Shown: positions 37,458-47,218 of the stretch, one piece after another | Position numbering within the stretch: position 1 is the stretch's first letter | Layout of the letters: every line of letters begins with the position of its first letter | From: an uncultured Beijerinckia sp. | GTDB lineage: Bacteria; Pseudomonadota; Alphaproteobacteria; Rhizobiales; Beijerinckiaceae | Direction of reading: 5' to 3' | NCBI GenBank assembly: GCA_964557555.1 | Contig: CAZLBA010000004.1 | Location: 7,667 to 71,666 of the forward strand | DNA: 64,000 nt | Notes under the pieces: model-generated | The model's database searches: none | Told to the model about the DNA's origin: nothing | Seen by the model: only the letters and a program-made list of their open reading frames with translations | Position numbers and translations under genes: made by a program

Positions 37458-38417
37458 TTATTCGATCTTGATATTGGCCTCTTCGATGATCTTCTTCCAG
37501 CGTGCTGTTTCGCTCTTGAGAAAAACACCGAAGCTTTCTGGACTGTCACCGATGATGGTGAGGCCAAGCGTCTCCAGGCGCGGCTTCACATCCGGTAGAG
37601 TCAAGATTTTGGCGATTTCGGTATTCAGTCGCTTGACCAGATCCGGCGGCGTTCCACGCGGCACGACGAAACTGTACCAAATACCAGCATCAATGGCGGG
37701 GAAACCCTGTTCCGCGGTCGTTGGAATCGCAGGCGCCTGCGGATGGCGTGATTTTGCTGACAGCGCGATCGCCTTCAGCCCGCCACTCTTTGCGTCCTCA
37801 ACAACATTGGAGAAGTTGTCGCAGATAAAGGTTACATCGCCTGCCAGCACAGCCTGTTTAGCCGGTGCGGGTCCGCGGAAGGGCACATGGATCATATTGC
37901 CCTTGGCAGCCGCCTTCAGCATCTCACCACACAAATGGCTCGTGCTGCCAACACCACCTGAACCGAAGCTCACAGTGCCCGGCTTGCTTTGGGCGAGTTT
38001 GATCAAATCATCGACCGTATTGGCCGGGATAGCCTTGTTGACCACGATGAGATTGGGCGTGCCTGCGAGATTGATCAATGGATCAAATGATTTCTCCGGG
38101 TCGTAGGAGAGATTGGAATAGAGGAACTGATTAGCCGCCAGAACACCGGTTGGCGCCATCAAAATCTGGCTGCCATCAGCAGCACCACGAGCCACGCGTT
38201 GCGCGCCGATGGCTCCATTGGCGCCTGCAACATTCTCCACGATCACTGTTACGCCCAGCGCTTGCTGCAAATGCGGCGCAACCATACGCGGGATCAGGTC
38301 ACTCGTGCTACCGGGCGGATAAGGCACAACGAGTGTCATTTGCTTGGGCAGAGTCTGCGCTTGTGCATATGACATGAACAAGGCGAGCCCCATCAGGGCA
38401 AGACGTCCCGCTTTCAT
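37458..38417 (-). CDS. Bug/TctC substrate-binding protein
   Basis: LVVPYPPGSTSD, VENVAGANG; start is ATG 38417 or TTG 38420. Confidence 0.92.
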   Translation of the reverse strand: MKAGRLALMGLALFMSYAQAQTLPKQMTLVVPYPPGSTSDLIPRMVAPHLQQALGVTVIVENVAGANGAIGAQRVARGAADGSQILMAPTGVLAANQFLYSNLSYDPEKSFDPLINLAGTPNLIVVNKAIPANTVDDLIKLAQSKPGTVSFGSGGVGSTSHLCGEMLKAAAKGNMIHVPFRGPAPAKQAVLAGDVTFICDNFSNVVEDAKSGGLKAIALSAKSRHPQAPAIPTTAEQGFPAIDAGIWYSFVVPRGTPPDLVKRLNTEIAKILTLPDVKPRLETLGLTIIGDSPESFGVFLKSETARWKKIIEEANIKIE

Positions 38418-38474
38418 CAAAACCTCTCCATTCTTGAGACCGACCAGATTGTTTGGATTCGGCCATTTCCTACG

Positions 38475-38496
38475 AGCCAGCTGACATCAGCTGGCT
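38475..38496. repeat. Perfect intergenic palindrome
   Basis: AGCCAGCTGA-CA-TCAGCTGGCT. Confidence 0.6.
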
Positions 38497-38566
38497 TGCC
38501 TCGATGATCGAGCTTTTCGAGCCTCTATCGGCAAGCAAGTCATGCGCCAGTTGCGCGTGAGCCCAT

Positions 38567-39649
38567 TCAAGCTGCCTGTCTCTGGTGATGGCTTCCTTCG
38601 AAATGGGGAGCCACCTCGGCCATGAAACGCGCCATCTCATCCTTCACCTGGGCATTGGGCTTCAGCCCAAGGCTGAAATAGAGAATCACTTCAGCAAAAC
38701 CCGCCGCCTCCACTTTTTCCTTGAGAATGTCGGTGATTTTGGCCGAATTGCCGATCAGCACGGCGCTATCGGTGAAGTCTTCCGGCTTCATGGTTTGATA
38801 GCGGTTCACGATTTTTTCAAAGTAGTGGTAATTTTCCGGGGCATTGCGCTTGTCACCGGGCAAAGCATGCGAGGTACATTCCTTGTGATAGCGCAACTGA
38901 CGCTCACGCGCTGCGCGCTCTTCTGCAGCTGTGTCCGCGAAATGGATGAAATAGCTGGTGATCAATCGCCCGGCCGGTTTCTGGGCTGCTGCGCAAGCCT
39001 CGCGATAAATATCAGCTGTCGCTGCCAGTGAACCATGCATACTTGATGCTGCACCTGCTGCAACAACAAGCCCCATATTCAGGCGTGCAGCAAGCTCAAT
39101 GGATGGACGTGAAAAAGAGGCAACATACATCGGAATGGGATCTTGCACCGGGCGCGGCGTAATCCACACATCTTCGAATTGGTAATGCTTTCCCCTCCAC
39201 GACATATGTTCGTCTTTGGCCCAGAAGCGCTGCAAGATTTCCATGCCTTCTGCAAAAATGGAGGCGTTATTTTCAAAGTCAGCACCAAAGGGACCATATT
39301 CGCGGCGATCGTAACCACGCCCAGCTGCAAAATCGACGCGCCCCTTGCTCAAAAGATCCAGCGTCGCCCATTGCTCAGCCACACGAATGGGGTGATGCAG
39401 CGGTAGCACGGTGACAGCAGGCGCCAAGCGGATATGTTTCGTCTGCGCCGCAAGATAGGTCAGGACAAGTTCTGGAGATGAATTGACACCCAGCGTGCTA
39501 AAATGATGTTCACCAATCCAGGCAGAATGCATGCCGAGCTTTTCAGCCAGCAGGGCCTGCTCGACGATTTCGCTGACAAGCTGATTGGGACTGCGGCGAT
39601 TGCCGGCATACTGATTATCGCTGAGGGTGAAATAGCCGAACTCCAACAT
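38567..39649 (-). CDS. Luciferase-like (LLM) flavin-dependent oxidoreductase
   Basis: WIGEHHF, HPIRVAEQWATLDLLSKGRV, GRGY, TPRPVQ. Confidence 0.92.
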   Translation of the reverse strand: MLEFGYFTLSDNQYAGNRRSPNQLVSEIVEQALLAEKLGMHSAWIGEHHFSTLGVNSSPELVLTYLAAQTKHIRLAPAVTVLPLHHPIRVAEQWATLDLLSKGRVDFAAGRGYDRREYGPFGADFENNASIFAEGMEILQRFWAKDEHMSWRGKHYQFEDVWITPRPVQDPIPMYVASFSRPSIELAARLNMGLVVAAGAASSMHGSLAATADIYREACAAAQKPAGRLITSYFIHFADTAAEERAARERQLRYHKECTSHALPGDKRNAPENYHYFEKIVNRYQTMKPEDFTDSAVLIGNSAKITDILKEKVEAAGFAEVILYFSLGLKPNAQVKDEMARFMAEVAPHFEGSHHQRQAA

Positions 39650-39792
39650 GTCCTCCCGTTTTTATTGTGGCCGTGAGCCAGACGCATCATAAGCCCCAAA
39701 AAGGGGAGAGGTAAATTCCCCTATTTGCTTCAAAGGGTCTTGCGCCCTATCATTCGACCCAAGCCAAAAAATAAGGCATCCAGGGAGGAAAC

Positions 39793-40773
39793 ATGCAGCC
39801 GATCATCTCTCGCCGGTCGCTTGTCGGCGGCCTTGCTGCGCTTGCAGCACCCGGTTCCGCTCACGCGCAGGCCTATCCGAACAAACCCCTGCGCATGATC
39901 GTCAGCTTTGCACCGGGCGGCCCCACAGATGTTCTGGCTCGTATGCTGGCTGACGCGCTGGGCCGTAAACTTGGGCAGAGCATCGTGGTCGAGAACCATG
40001 CCGGTGCGGGTGGTAATATCGGTTATGGGCTGGGCGCGAATGCCACTGCCGATGGCTATACGCTGACCTTTGCAGACCCCTCCATCGTCATCAATGCATC
40101 GCTCTACAAGACACTGCCCTTCGACGTTGAGCGGGATTATAGCGCGGTCTCCGGCGCATTCCGTGGCCCTACTGTGCTTGTTGTGCCGGGCAAATCGAAC
40201 TTCACCACGCTCACCGATTTCATCCGTCACGCCAAGGCAAATCCGGGCAAGCTCAGCTATGGATCTGCAGGCAACGGAACACCACCGCATCTCAATGCAG
40301 AGCTGATCAAGGATGATCAGGGCCTCGACATTGCCCATGTGCCCTATCGTGGCGCAGCCCCTGCCATTATTGATCTGGTTGCAGGTCGCATTGACATGAT
40401 GTGCCTCAATATCGGCTCAGCAAAAGCGCAAATCGAGAGCGGCGAATTGCGCGGGATTGCAGTGAGCGGACCCAAGCGCGCTGCTGCTTTGCCCAATGTC
40501 CCAACCTTTCGCGAAGGCGGCATTCCCATGCTTGCCATGGACCCCGGCACATGGTGGGGCATTCTCGTCCCAGCCAAAACGTCAAGCGACATTGTCACGC
40601 GACTGAATGCAGCCATGCGAGCGGCTATGGAAGATCCTGACTTGCAGCGCCGCCTTACCTCGATGAGTGTCGAGCCGATTGCCGGGTCTTCTCAGGACTT
40701 CTTCAAACTCATTCTCGAAGAAAAAAAGAAGTGGGCGGACGTCATCACACGCGCCAAAATCAAGGTGGAATAG
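39793..40773 (+). CDS. Bug/TctC substrate-binding protein
   Basis: SRRSL signal, YPNKPLRMIVSFAPGGPTD. Confidence 0.93.
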   Translation: MQPIISRRSLVGGLAALAAPGSAHAQAYPNKPLRMIVSFAPGGPTDVLARMLADALGRKLGQSIVVENHAGAGGNIGYGLGANATADGYTLTFADPSIVINASLYKTLPFDVERDYSAVSGAFRGPTVLVVPGKSNFTTLTDFIRHAKANPGKLSYGSAGNGTPPHLNAELIKDDQGLDIAHVPYRGAAPAIIDLVAGRIDMMCLNIGSAKAQIESGELRGIAVSGPKRAAALPNVPTFREGGIPMLAMDPGTWWGILVPAKTSSDIVTRLNAAMRAAMEDPDLQRRLTSMSVEPIAGSSQDFFKLILEEKKKWADVITRAKIKVE

Positions 40774-40916
40774 GAGCAGGTTAAGGCTTAGCGCGATCTG
40801 CCTGAAAGCCAACTTGCTCCCCTATTGCCTACACACCCTTGCCAAGGAGGCGGCACACCCGTAGCATTCCCAAAGACAAGAGGCATCATAAGCCATCGGT
40901 CACAAGGGAGGCTGGA

Positions 40917-41867
40917 ATGCAGGGCACTGCGGACATCCTCAAGGGGCTCAGCCTGGAACATATTCGCAGCTTTCAGCAGGTTGCGGATATAGGTGGCTTT
41001 CGCGCGGCGGCGCAGAAAATGAATGTTTCACAAGGGACCTTGAGCGCCCATATTGCAGCCCTTGAAGAGGCGCTGAATGTGCAGCTTATGGCACGCACCA
41101 CCCGCGTCATCAAACTCACACCAGCGGGCGAGCGCTTTCTGATTGCCATCCGCAAATCTCTCGAAGATCTGAACAAGGCGGTCTTGGATGTTGTGCAAGA
41201 TGAGAGCGTCATCGGCACCCGCGTTGTGCTGGCATGTACGCCAAGCCTTGCCTCCAATGTCGTGCCAGTGGCCCTGAAGAGTTTTCGCAGCAAATGCCCC
41301 AATGTGTTTGTCGAAATTCTGGACGATGCGGCTCATGCGGTAGAAGAGCTCGTCATTGCAGGAACAGCAGATGTGGGAATAGGAGCGCCTCCCAAACGTC
41401 GTGAAAGCCTGTCTTACCTGTCTGTGGGGCAAGAGACCTTCGCGGTTCTGGTGCCTGCGGATCATGTTCTGGCAAAGGCTCAGCGCATCGGACTGGAGGA
41501 TCTGGAAGGCCAGCCGCTGATCTCCATGTTGCCAGACACGAGTGTGCGCTCGGTCATTGAAGCTGCATTTGCGCGCCAACATCTCCGCTTCCAGCCACAT
41601 CTTTGCGTGCGGCATCACCCCGCCGCCATCTCGCTTGTGGAAGCAGGCTTTGGCCTGACGCTGCTGCCGCGCAGCATTCTGGCGCGCGCCAATAGTGACT
41701 ATCTGCGCGTGGTACCTTTGAAAGAAGACATCACACGGGAGCTGGGTGTGATGCAGCGACGCGGCGAAATCTTGAATGCCAATGCAACACTGCTCGTGCA
41801 TGAGCTACGCCGCGCCCTGCAGCGCTATAGACCCGGGCTCAAAGGGCAGCCTGCCACTGTTCTATAA
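40917..41867 (+). CDS. LysR family transcriptional regulator
   Basis: GFRAAAQKMNVSQGTLSAHIAALEE...RTTR...LTPAG HTH; GGAGG RBS before ATG 40917. Confidence 0.93.
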   Translation: MQGTADILKGLSLEHIRSFQQVADIGGFRAAAQKMNVSQGTLSAHIAALEEALNVQLMARTTRVIKLTPAGERFLIAIRKSLEDLNKAVLDVVQDESVIGTRVVLACTPSLASNVVPVALKSFRSKCPNVFVEILDDAAHAVEELVIAGTADVGIGAPPKRRESLSYLSVGQETFAVLVPADHVLAKAQRIGLEDLEGQPLISMLPDTSVRSVIEAAFARQHLRFQPHLCVRHHPAAISLVEAGFGLTLLPRSILARANSDYLRVVPLKEDITRELGVMQRRGEILNANATLLVHELRRALQRYRPGLKGQPATVL

Positions 41868-41896
41868 ACTGATCAGATAAATCAGATAGTTTCGAT
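41864..41896. promoter_or_regulatory. Candidate LysR binding region
   Basis: AT-rich stretch with a T-N11-A box (ATAAACTGATCAGAT) and tandem ATCAGATA repeats upstream of the UbiD gene. Confidence 0.35.
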
Positions 41897-41974
41897 TTTT
41901 TGGTCAATATCCCTCCGCTATGCTCGCCAAAGATGCGCCGACAGAGCGCATTTGTCAGGCTGGAGGAAACACCT

Positions 41975-43600
41975 GTGAGCGATATCGGCTATCCCGATCT
42001 TCATGCCCATTTGCGCGCGCTGGAAGAGAAAGGACTTCTCGTCCGCGTCAAACGCAGCATCAATAAAGACACCGAAATGCATCCGCTGGTGCGCTGGCAG
42101 TTTCGTGGCAGCGTACCGGAAAAAGAGCGTCGCGGCTTCTTGTTTGAGAATGTGACTGACAGCAAGGGCACGACCTATGACATTCCCGTCGCAGTCGGTG
42201 TGCTGGCCTCCAGCCAGGATATTTACAGTGTCGGCATCGGCTGCGAAGTGTCGAAGATCAAGGAGCAGTGGGACCGGGCAGAGCGCGAACAAATCCCGCC
42301 AAAAATGATCGACAATGCGCCTTGTCAGGAGATCGTCATTCAAGGTGATGCCTTGAATGAAAAGGGCAAGGGCGTCGATGGTATTCCAATTCCGATCTCC
42401 ACGCCGGGCTTTGACAATGCACCTTATGCCTCTTGCTCGATGTTCATCACCAAAGATCCTGATACGGGCTTGCAGAATATTGGTAACTATCGCGCCATGG
42501 TGAAAAGCCCTACGCGGCTTGGCATGAATCCTGAGATTGAACTCAATCAGGGCATCCACGAGCACTGGCTGAAATACAAAGCGCGTGGCGAACGAATGCC
42601 AGCTGTGTTGGTGCTCGGCGCACCGCCCTGCATCACATTTGCTTCCGTGCATAAGCTGCCAAAACATCTCGACGAGATGGCGGTTGCAGGCGGTCTTGTC
42701 GGCGCGCCAATCCGGGTCTGCAAAGCCAAGACGGTGGACATGATCGTGCCCGCTGATTCAGAAATCGTGATCGAAGGCTATATTGATACGGAATGGTTAG
42801 AGCCTGAGGGCAGCTTTGGCGAGTCGCATGGTTACATGAATTTGAAGGAGTATAATGCCTTCATGGATGTGACCTGCATCACCCGCCGCAAGAAGGCGGT
42901 TCTGGTCTCGATCATCTCGCAAGTCACTCCATCAGAATCGAGCCTCATCAAGCGTGTGGCTTATGAGCCAGCCTTTCTGCATCACCTCAATCATCATCTC
43001 AATATCAGCGGCGTCACCCGTGTATTCATGCATGAGCCCCTGACCAATCTGCGCAAGCTGATCATTTTGCAATTGAAGCAAGATACGCTTGAAGCAGAAG
43101 TTTGGCGTGCCCTATATGGCGCCTCTTCCTTCTCCTCCTCGGTGGGCAAGATCACGATTGCGGTTAATGAGGATATCGACCCGGAAAATCTCGATATGGT
43201 GTTTTGGGCAATGTCCTATCGAATGAGACCGCATAAAGACATGCGCGTTCTCGATCATAAGGATATGGGCCACGGGCCGCGTGCGGGTTCCGACGACAAT
43301 CATTATGAAGCAACGGATTCGTCTATGCTCATCAATGCCATGTTGAAGAAGCCTTATCCGCCCATTTCTCTCCCTGCCCGCGAATTCATGGAAAAGGCCA
43401 AGGTCATTTGGGAAGAATTGGGGCTACATCCGCTAAAGCCCGAAATGCCATGGTTCGGCTATTCGCTTGGCCAGTGGCCAGATGAGTTTCAGGCTGAAGC
43501 AGACCGTGCCGTAAAGAGCGAATATTGGGCCACTGGTGATGTCATCAAGCAGCGCCGGCGCAATGACAAGCGCATGAATGACCCCTTCCTCGATCTGTGA
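41975..43600 (+). CDS. UbiD family (de)carboxylase, substrate unknown
   Basis: NIGNYRAM, VPADSEIVIEG, EGSFGESHGY, VNEDIDPEN; GTG start after GGAGGA. Confidence 0.9.
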   Translation: MSDIGYPDLHAHLRALEEKGLLVRVKRSINKDTEMHPLVRWQFRGSVPEKERRGFLFENVTDSKGTTYDIPVAVGVLASSQDIYSVGIGCEVSKIKEQWDRAEREQIPPKMIDNAPCQEIVIQGDALNEKGKGVDGIPIPISTPGFDNAPYASCSMFITKDPDTGLQNIGNYRAMVKSPTRLGMNPEIELNQGIHEHWLKYKARGERMPAVLVLGAPPCITFASVHKLPKHLDEMAVAGGLVGAPIRVCKAKTVDMIVPADSEIVIEGYIDTEWLEPEGSFGESHGYMNLKEYNAFMDVTCITRRKKAVLVSIISQVTPSESSLIKRVAYEPAFLHHLNHHLNISGVTRVFMHEPLTNLRKLIILQLKQDTLEAEVWRALYGASSFSSSVGKITIAVNEDIDPENLDMVFWAMSYRMRPHKDMRVLDHKDMGHGPRAGSDDNHYEATDSSMLINAMLKKPYPPISLPAREFMEKAKVIWEELGLHPLKPEMPWFGYSLGQWPDEFQAEADRAVKSEYWATGDVIKQRRRNDKRMNDPFLDL

Positions 43601-43622
43601 GCACACACTGATCGCCCAGAAG

Positions 43623-43652
43623 AAAGCCCCGGCTTAAAGCCGGGGCTTTTTT
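43623..43652. terminator. Bidirectional intrinsic terminator
   Basis: AAAGCCCCGGCTT-A-AAGCCGGGGCTTT followed by further T's. Confidence 0.88.
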
Positions 43653-43655
43653 GCT

Positions 43656-44690
43656 TCAGTCACCGATCAGGCGGATCGCTTCATTGACCACTTCGCGGGG
43701 GCTTGCATAGGCCCTGCGGATCAGCTCGGTCATTTTCTCACCCGACATCGGGCTTACTTCCAGCTTCATCTGGCGCGCTTCAGCAAGGAATTCTGGATCA
43801 TTCATGGTCTCCATGAAAGCCTTGCGCAAGATCGCCACACGCTCAGGCGGCGTGCCGGGCGGTGCCGCAAAGGGGCGCGCAACCGTTTGCGACAAGGAGA
43901 TCAGCTCAATCGCATCCCGCTGTTGCTTCGACTTGGCAAGTTCATGCATCAGCGGCACATTGGGCAGTTCCTTATCTCTTTCGAGACCCATTTGCGCGAG
44001 ATAGACGATGCGCTTGTTTTGCAGCCATTCCTGATGATTGGACCGTATCGAGGAGACAGTATAGCCACAAATCCCCTTCACCTCACCGCGTTCGAGCGCC
44101 ATGGCCATGTCGCGGGACCCCGGATAGCCGGTCACGAGCTTCATCTTTGCCCCAAGGGCATTGCGGGCAACACCGGTGAAAATGTCTGGGTCTGATCCTT
44201 TGGCAAGGCCTGCAACGGGGATCTCCTTGTTGCGAAGATCTTCCATCGTGGTTACCCCCGCATCGCTCCAGGCGATACAGGCGCTCGTATCCGCAGCCAC
44301 ACTGCCAATCCACTGCACATTGGAGACATCATATTTTGCCCCCTCGATGAGCGGTGAGAGGGGCAAGGTACGTCCAAACGTGGCCATCACCATTCCGTCT
44401 TTCGGAGCCATGTTGATGAGCCATTCCAGCGACTTCACGCTACCGGCGCCCGGCATGTTCTGTGGCAGGAAATTCGGTCGGCCGGGCATATATTTACCCA
44501 TATGCCGGGCAACCAGCCTTCCATACATGTCATAGCCACCACCGACCGAATAGCCGATGACGACCGTAATCGTCTTGCCCTTGTAAATCTCTTCGCCCGA
44601 AGCAGCATGTGCGATTGCAGGCAGAGCCGCTGTTGTGAGCAGCGTTGCAACCGAGAGCATGCGTGAAACTCTTGAGAGTCTTTTTGGCAT
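43656..44690 (-). CDS. Bug/TctC substrate-binding protein (long subtype)
   Basis: IYKGKTITVVIGYSVGGGYD, QNMPGAG, ERGEV. Confidence 0.88.
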   Translation of the reverse strand: MPKRLSRVSRMLSVATLLTTAALPAIAHAASGEEIYKGKTITVVIGYSVGGGYDMYGRLVARHMGKYMPGRPNFLPQNMPGAGSVKSLEWLINMAPKDGMVMATFGRTLPLSPLIEGAKYDVSNVQWIGSVAADTSACIAWSDAGVTTMEDLRNKEIPVAGLAKGSDPDIFTGVARNALGAKMKLVTGYPGSRDMAMALERGEVKGICGYTVSSIRSNHQEWLQNKRIVYLAQMGLERDKELPNVPLMHELAKSKQQRDAIELISLSQTVARPFAAPPGTPPERVAILRKAFMETMNDPEFLAEARQMKLEVSPMSGEKMTELIRRAYASPREVVNEAIRLIGD

Positions 44691-44822
44691 GGCAGGCTCT
44701 TGAATGGCGTTTCCCCATTCACAAGCATGCTACGCAGCTCAAGAGGCAGCAACCGATTTGAGCTCGTGAAGATGGACGCTATTGTTCACTTAACCGATCA
44801 ATCGCACCATCAGAGCTGAAAC

Positions 44823-44853
44823 CAAACAAGAAAGGCCCGGCGCAAGCCGGGCC
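44823..44853 (-). terminator. Intrinsic terminator after soxF
   Basis: On the minus strand GGCCCGGC-TTGC-GCCGGGCC followed by TTTCTTGTTT. Confidence 0.75.
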
Positions 44854-44882
44854 CATCTGCTGCGAACAGCTGATAGCTGCAA

Positions 44883-46166
44883 TCAACCGAAAATGTCCTT
44901 CGTGATGCCAGCATACCAACCCATATTTTCAGCCTGCTGGTCCTTGCGTTGTGCCGGCGTCTCATTGGTCTGCGACACAAAGGTCTCAACCGCACCGATC
45001 TTTCCATCCTTGGCCGCATAAGAGCCGCCAACCTTGACGGTGTCATCGGGAGCGAGCAGCGACCAGCATGTGTTGGAATAGCGCGCCGGGAACACACGGG
45101 ACTGTGTCAGCTCCCCACGCACATTCATTGCAGCAACCTTTGCCTGGCTGTTGGCCGCAAAGGCAGACTTCGGCATGTCGCCTGCAATGCAAGCATCCCC
45201 CACAACATAGATGGACTTGTCATTGGCAGACTGCATCGTCTCAGGATTGATGGGGCAGAAACCTGAACCATCAACCAGCTGCGCATCACGCGCAATCTTG
45301 GAGGCCATCTGGGCAGGAATGACATTTACCAAGGCAGCATTCTTGTAGGTTTCGAAACCGGTGACGACCGTATTTGTCTTTGGATCGACCGATTTCACGC
45401 CTTCATGGATCTTCGGCCCCAGCCATTCAACCATGCCGGGATAATGACGATCCCAAGCCTGCTGGAAGAGTGCCTGTTTGGAGAAGGACTCCTTGGGGTC
45501 GATGATGATGATCTTCGACTTGGTCTTGCCTGCTGTCTTGAGCACATGAGCCATCATCGAGACGCGCTCATAAGGGCCGGGCGGACAGCGATAGGGATTA
45601 GGCGGCGCAATCATCACAATGGTGCCGCCATTGGGAACAGCTGCAAGGCGCTTCTTGAGAATGTCAGTCTGCGGACCTGCCTTCCATGCATGCGGCATGG
45701 ATTGTTCAAACTGCTGGCCCCAGCCCGGAACTGAATCATATTTCAAGTCAATGCCGGGCGAAATCACCAACCGGTCATATGAAAGCCGCGTACCATCATT
45801 CAGCACGACCTGCTTCTTGTCACGGTCGATCAGCTTTGCCATCTGGCGTGCATGTTTGAGCTTGTATTGCGCCACCAGCGTGTCATAGCGATGCGTGATC
45901 GACTGCATATCGCGGAAGCCACCCAAATAGAGATTCGAGTGGAAGCAGGTCACGAATTGGGAGGCCGGCTCCACCAGCGTGACCGCAAGCTGCCCCTCGC
46001 TATCCTTGGCGATGTATTTTGCAGCCGTTGCACCGCCCGGCCCGCCACCAATCACAATCACATTGGCTTTCGCACGACCAAGTACTGCAGGCGCACCAAG
46101 CACCATGCTGGCGCCAAAGGTTGAGGCGCCAAGCAGAACACTGCGACGATCGAATTGAGACATCAT
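44883..46166 (-). CDS. soxF: Flavocytochrome c sulfide dehydrogenase flavoprotein
   Basis: Tat signal RRSVL, GGGPGG, YRCPPGPYER, MPKSAF, NTCWSL. Confidence 0.92.
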   Translation of the reverse strand: MMSQFDRRSVLLGASTFGASMVLGAPAVLGRAKANVIVIGGGPGGATAAKYIAKDSEGQLAVTLVEPASQFVTCFHSNLYLGGFRDMQSITHRYDTLVAQYKLKHARQMAKLIDRDKKQVVLNDGTRLSYDRLVISPGIDLKYDSVPGWGQQFEQSMPHAWKAGPQTDILKKRLAAVPNGGTIVMIAPPNPYRCPPGPYERVSMMAHVLKTAGKTKSKIIIIDPKESFSKQALFQQAWDRHYPGMVEWLGPKIHEGVKSVDPKTNTVVTGFETYKNAALVNVIPAQMASKIARDAQLVDGSGFCPINPETMQSANDKSIYVVGDACIAGDMPKSAFAANSQAKVAAMNVRGELTQSRVFPARYSNTCWSLLAPDDTVKVGGSYAAKDGKIGAVETFVSQTNETPAQRKDQQAENMGWYAGITKDIFG

Positions 46167-46223
46167 TTCCTCCCGTTCTTTTCACAAGATTACTGGCAAG
46201 CGTAACCGTGACGCAAGCAGCAT

Positions 46224-46547
46224 CTACTTTTGAGACGCATTTTTTAACTTACCGAAATAGGCTGCCAGAGCTGCCATGTCATCGGCAGAAAGCCTGCCTG
46301 CAATAGTCTGCATCGTGACATTGTCCCGATGCTTGTCCTTGTAGGACTGGAGCACGGCAACGAACTGATCCTCAGGCCAACCGGTAATCGCGGGGACACC
46401 CGCGATGACTTGACCTGACTTTTGGTGGCAGGTGACGCATTCGCTGGAAAGATATTCTCCCAACGCCGCATCACCTCGCCCGGCCTGAGCATAGGCTTGG
46501 GACGCAAGAGCGACCAGCGGGATCGACAAGAGCAAGTGCAGGCGCAT
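46224..46547 (-). CDS. Small monoheme cytochrome c (at the soxE position)
   Basis: Signal peptide, CVTCH, distal Met; 1-nt overlap with the soxD stop. Confidence 0.88.
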   Translation of the reverse strand: MRLHLLLSIPLVALASQAYAQAGRGDAALGEYLSSECVTCHQKSGQVIAGVPAITGWPEDQFVAVLQSYKDKHRDNVTMQTIAGRLSADDMAALAAYFGKLKNASQK

Positions 46548-47218
46548 TATTCCACACGCGGTGCTGTCTTGGAGTCAGGTGTCACGTCGAGGACGCGCGC
46601 ACGGTTCATGACTTTGGGCGTGCCTGCTATGCAATTGCTCATGCATGGCGTCTTTTTCCAGAAAGCCTTTTCACTTGTCTCACGATTGTCGTCGTAGAAA
46701 GCTTTGGCATTGGGCAAAGACACCGATTTGAAATTCTCATCCGAGAGAACGAAATCGTCATTGGCGAGATCGTTCAGATTGAGAAGAAAAGCCGTGATGG
46801 CATAGGTCTCATCGGCAGTGAGTGACTGAGCATTACCAAAAGGCATCGTGCGCCGAACATAGTCGAACACGGTGGACAGATAAGGCCAGAAAGAGCCGAT
46901 GGTCTTTTCAGGATTGTCCTTGCTGAGTGAGCCGCGCCCGCCCGCCAGCACGGGATAGCGGCCAGCACCTTCGCCAAACTCGCCATGGCACATGGCGCAG
47001 CGTTCAAGATAGAGTTCCTCTCCCTGCTTCACACTTCCTTTGCCTTTGGGAAGGCCGGCGCCATCGGGGCGGACATCTATGTCCCATGCGGCAATTTCCT
47101 CAGGCAAGGCAATCCGTCCAAGCCCGGTCTTTTTCGCAGGCGCCTGCGTCTGCGCCAGCGCAGGCACAGCAAAACAGATGGCAAGGACAATGAGAGCTGC
47201 ATTACGAAATTTCGACAT
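46547..47218 (-). CDS. soxD: Sulfane dehydrogenase cytochrome c subunit (monoheme)
   Basis: AWDIDVRPDGAGLP, CAMCHG, KTIGSFWPY, MPFG. Confidence 0.92.
   Translation of the reverse strand: MSKFRNAALIVLAICFAVPALAQTQAPAKKTGLGRIALPEEIAAWDIDVRPDGAGLPKGKGSVKQGEELYLERCAMCHGEFGEGAGRYPVLAGGRGSLSKDNPEKTIGSFWPYLSTVFDYVRRTMPFGNAQSLTADETYAITAFLLNLNDLANDDFVLSDENFKSVSLPNAKAFYDDNRETSEKAFWKKTPCMSNCIAGTPKVMNRARVLDVTPDSKTAPRVE

Noticed and set aside
39684-40894. 12-bp direct repeat GCATCATAAGCC on both sides of the Bug gene
   Set aside because: A single 12-mer match is plausible by chance; no inverted repeats or transposase to suggest a target-site duplication.
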